Sequence record: OK631812.1
Reading direction: 5' to 3' (one strand)
DNA from: Raoultella phage Rpl1
DNA length: 24,000 bases
Shown: positions 23,877 to 24,000 of the stretch, in pieces
How positions within the stretch are numbered: position 1 is the first letter of the stretch
Layout: each line of letters starts with the position of its first letter
Position numbers and translations under genes: made by a program
The notes under the pieces: model-generated
Databases searched by the model: none
Told to the model about the DNA's origin: nothing
Seen by the model: only the letters and a program-made list of their open reading frames with translations

Positions 23877-24000
23877 TAGTAGTTGTTAGCCCAACGGCGG
23901 AGGTTTTCGGCTTGTTTCAGTGCATACAGTTTGTAGATGGTTTCCGCATCCATACCCAGCGCCAGGAATTTGCACATAAAGAAATGCCATTGATCGATAA
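23876..24000 (-). CDS. 56: C-terminus of gp56-like dCTPase/dUTPase (partial)
   Basis: Hand translation IDQWHFFMCKFLALGMDAETIYKLYALKQAENLRRWANNY*, resembling the T4 gp56 C-terminus (DIFHFVLNMFVGLGMNAEEIFKLYYLKNKENFERQDNGY). Confidence 0.82.
   Translation of the reverse strand, partial: IDQWHFFMCKFLALGMDAETIYKLYALKQAENLRRWANNY

Noticed and set aside
1-24000. CRISPR arrays, tRNAs, insertion elements or homing endonucleases
   Set aside because: No regularly spaced repeats, cloverleaf-like sequences, transposase or GIY-YIG/HNH motifs were recognised by eye.

Overview
The window is a piece of a T4-like (Tevenvirinae/Straboviridae-type) phage genome. The plus strand, about 1-6076, carries the late long-tail-fibre genes: the end of a gp35-like gene, gp36, a giant gp37 with an S74-type chaperone end, and a short gp38-like tip protein. 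These are followed by the holin t. From 6077 to 24000 everything is a closely packed minus-strand early/middle region. It contains two small DUF2829/Tad2-like proteins, rIIB, rIIA, an SprT-like metallopeptidase, topoisomerase II medium (gp52) and undivided large (gp39+60) subunits, a FmdB-like zinc ribbon, a MazG-like protein, many small membrane or unknown proteins, a LysM protein, DexA, Dda and the C-terminus of a gp56-like dCTPase/dUTPase. The most interesting observations are: (1) a 10-bp element ATCGAAACGA at exactly the same distance downstream of four minus-strand sigma70-like -10 boxes; (2) intrinsic terminators whose hairpins physically contain the -35 of the next promoter, plus a perfect T4-type late promoter starting on the last base of a terminator stem; (3) two adjacent Tad2-like candidate anti-defence genes in an operon driven by one of the element-bearing promoters; (4) a gp38 with the T2-type N-terminal anchor but no polyglycine adhesin domain; (5) a small gene bounded by perfect 19-bp direct repeats. 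Two small genes absent from the ORF track (54 aa each) were also found. All family calls are from recalled sequence resemblance; no database search was run.
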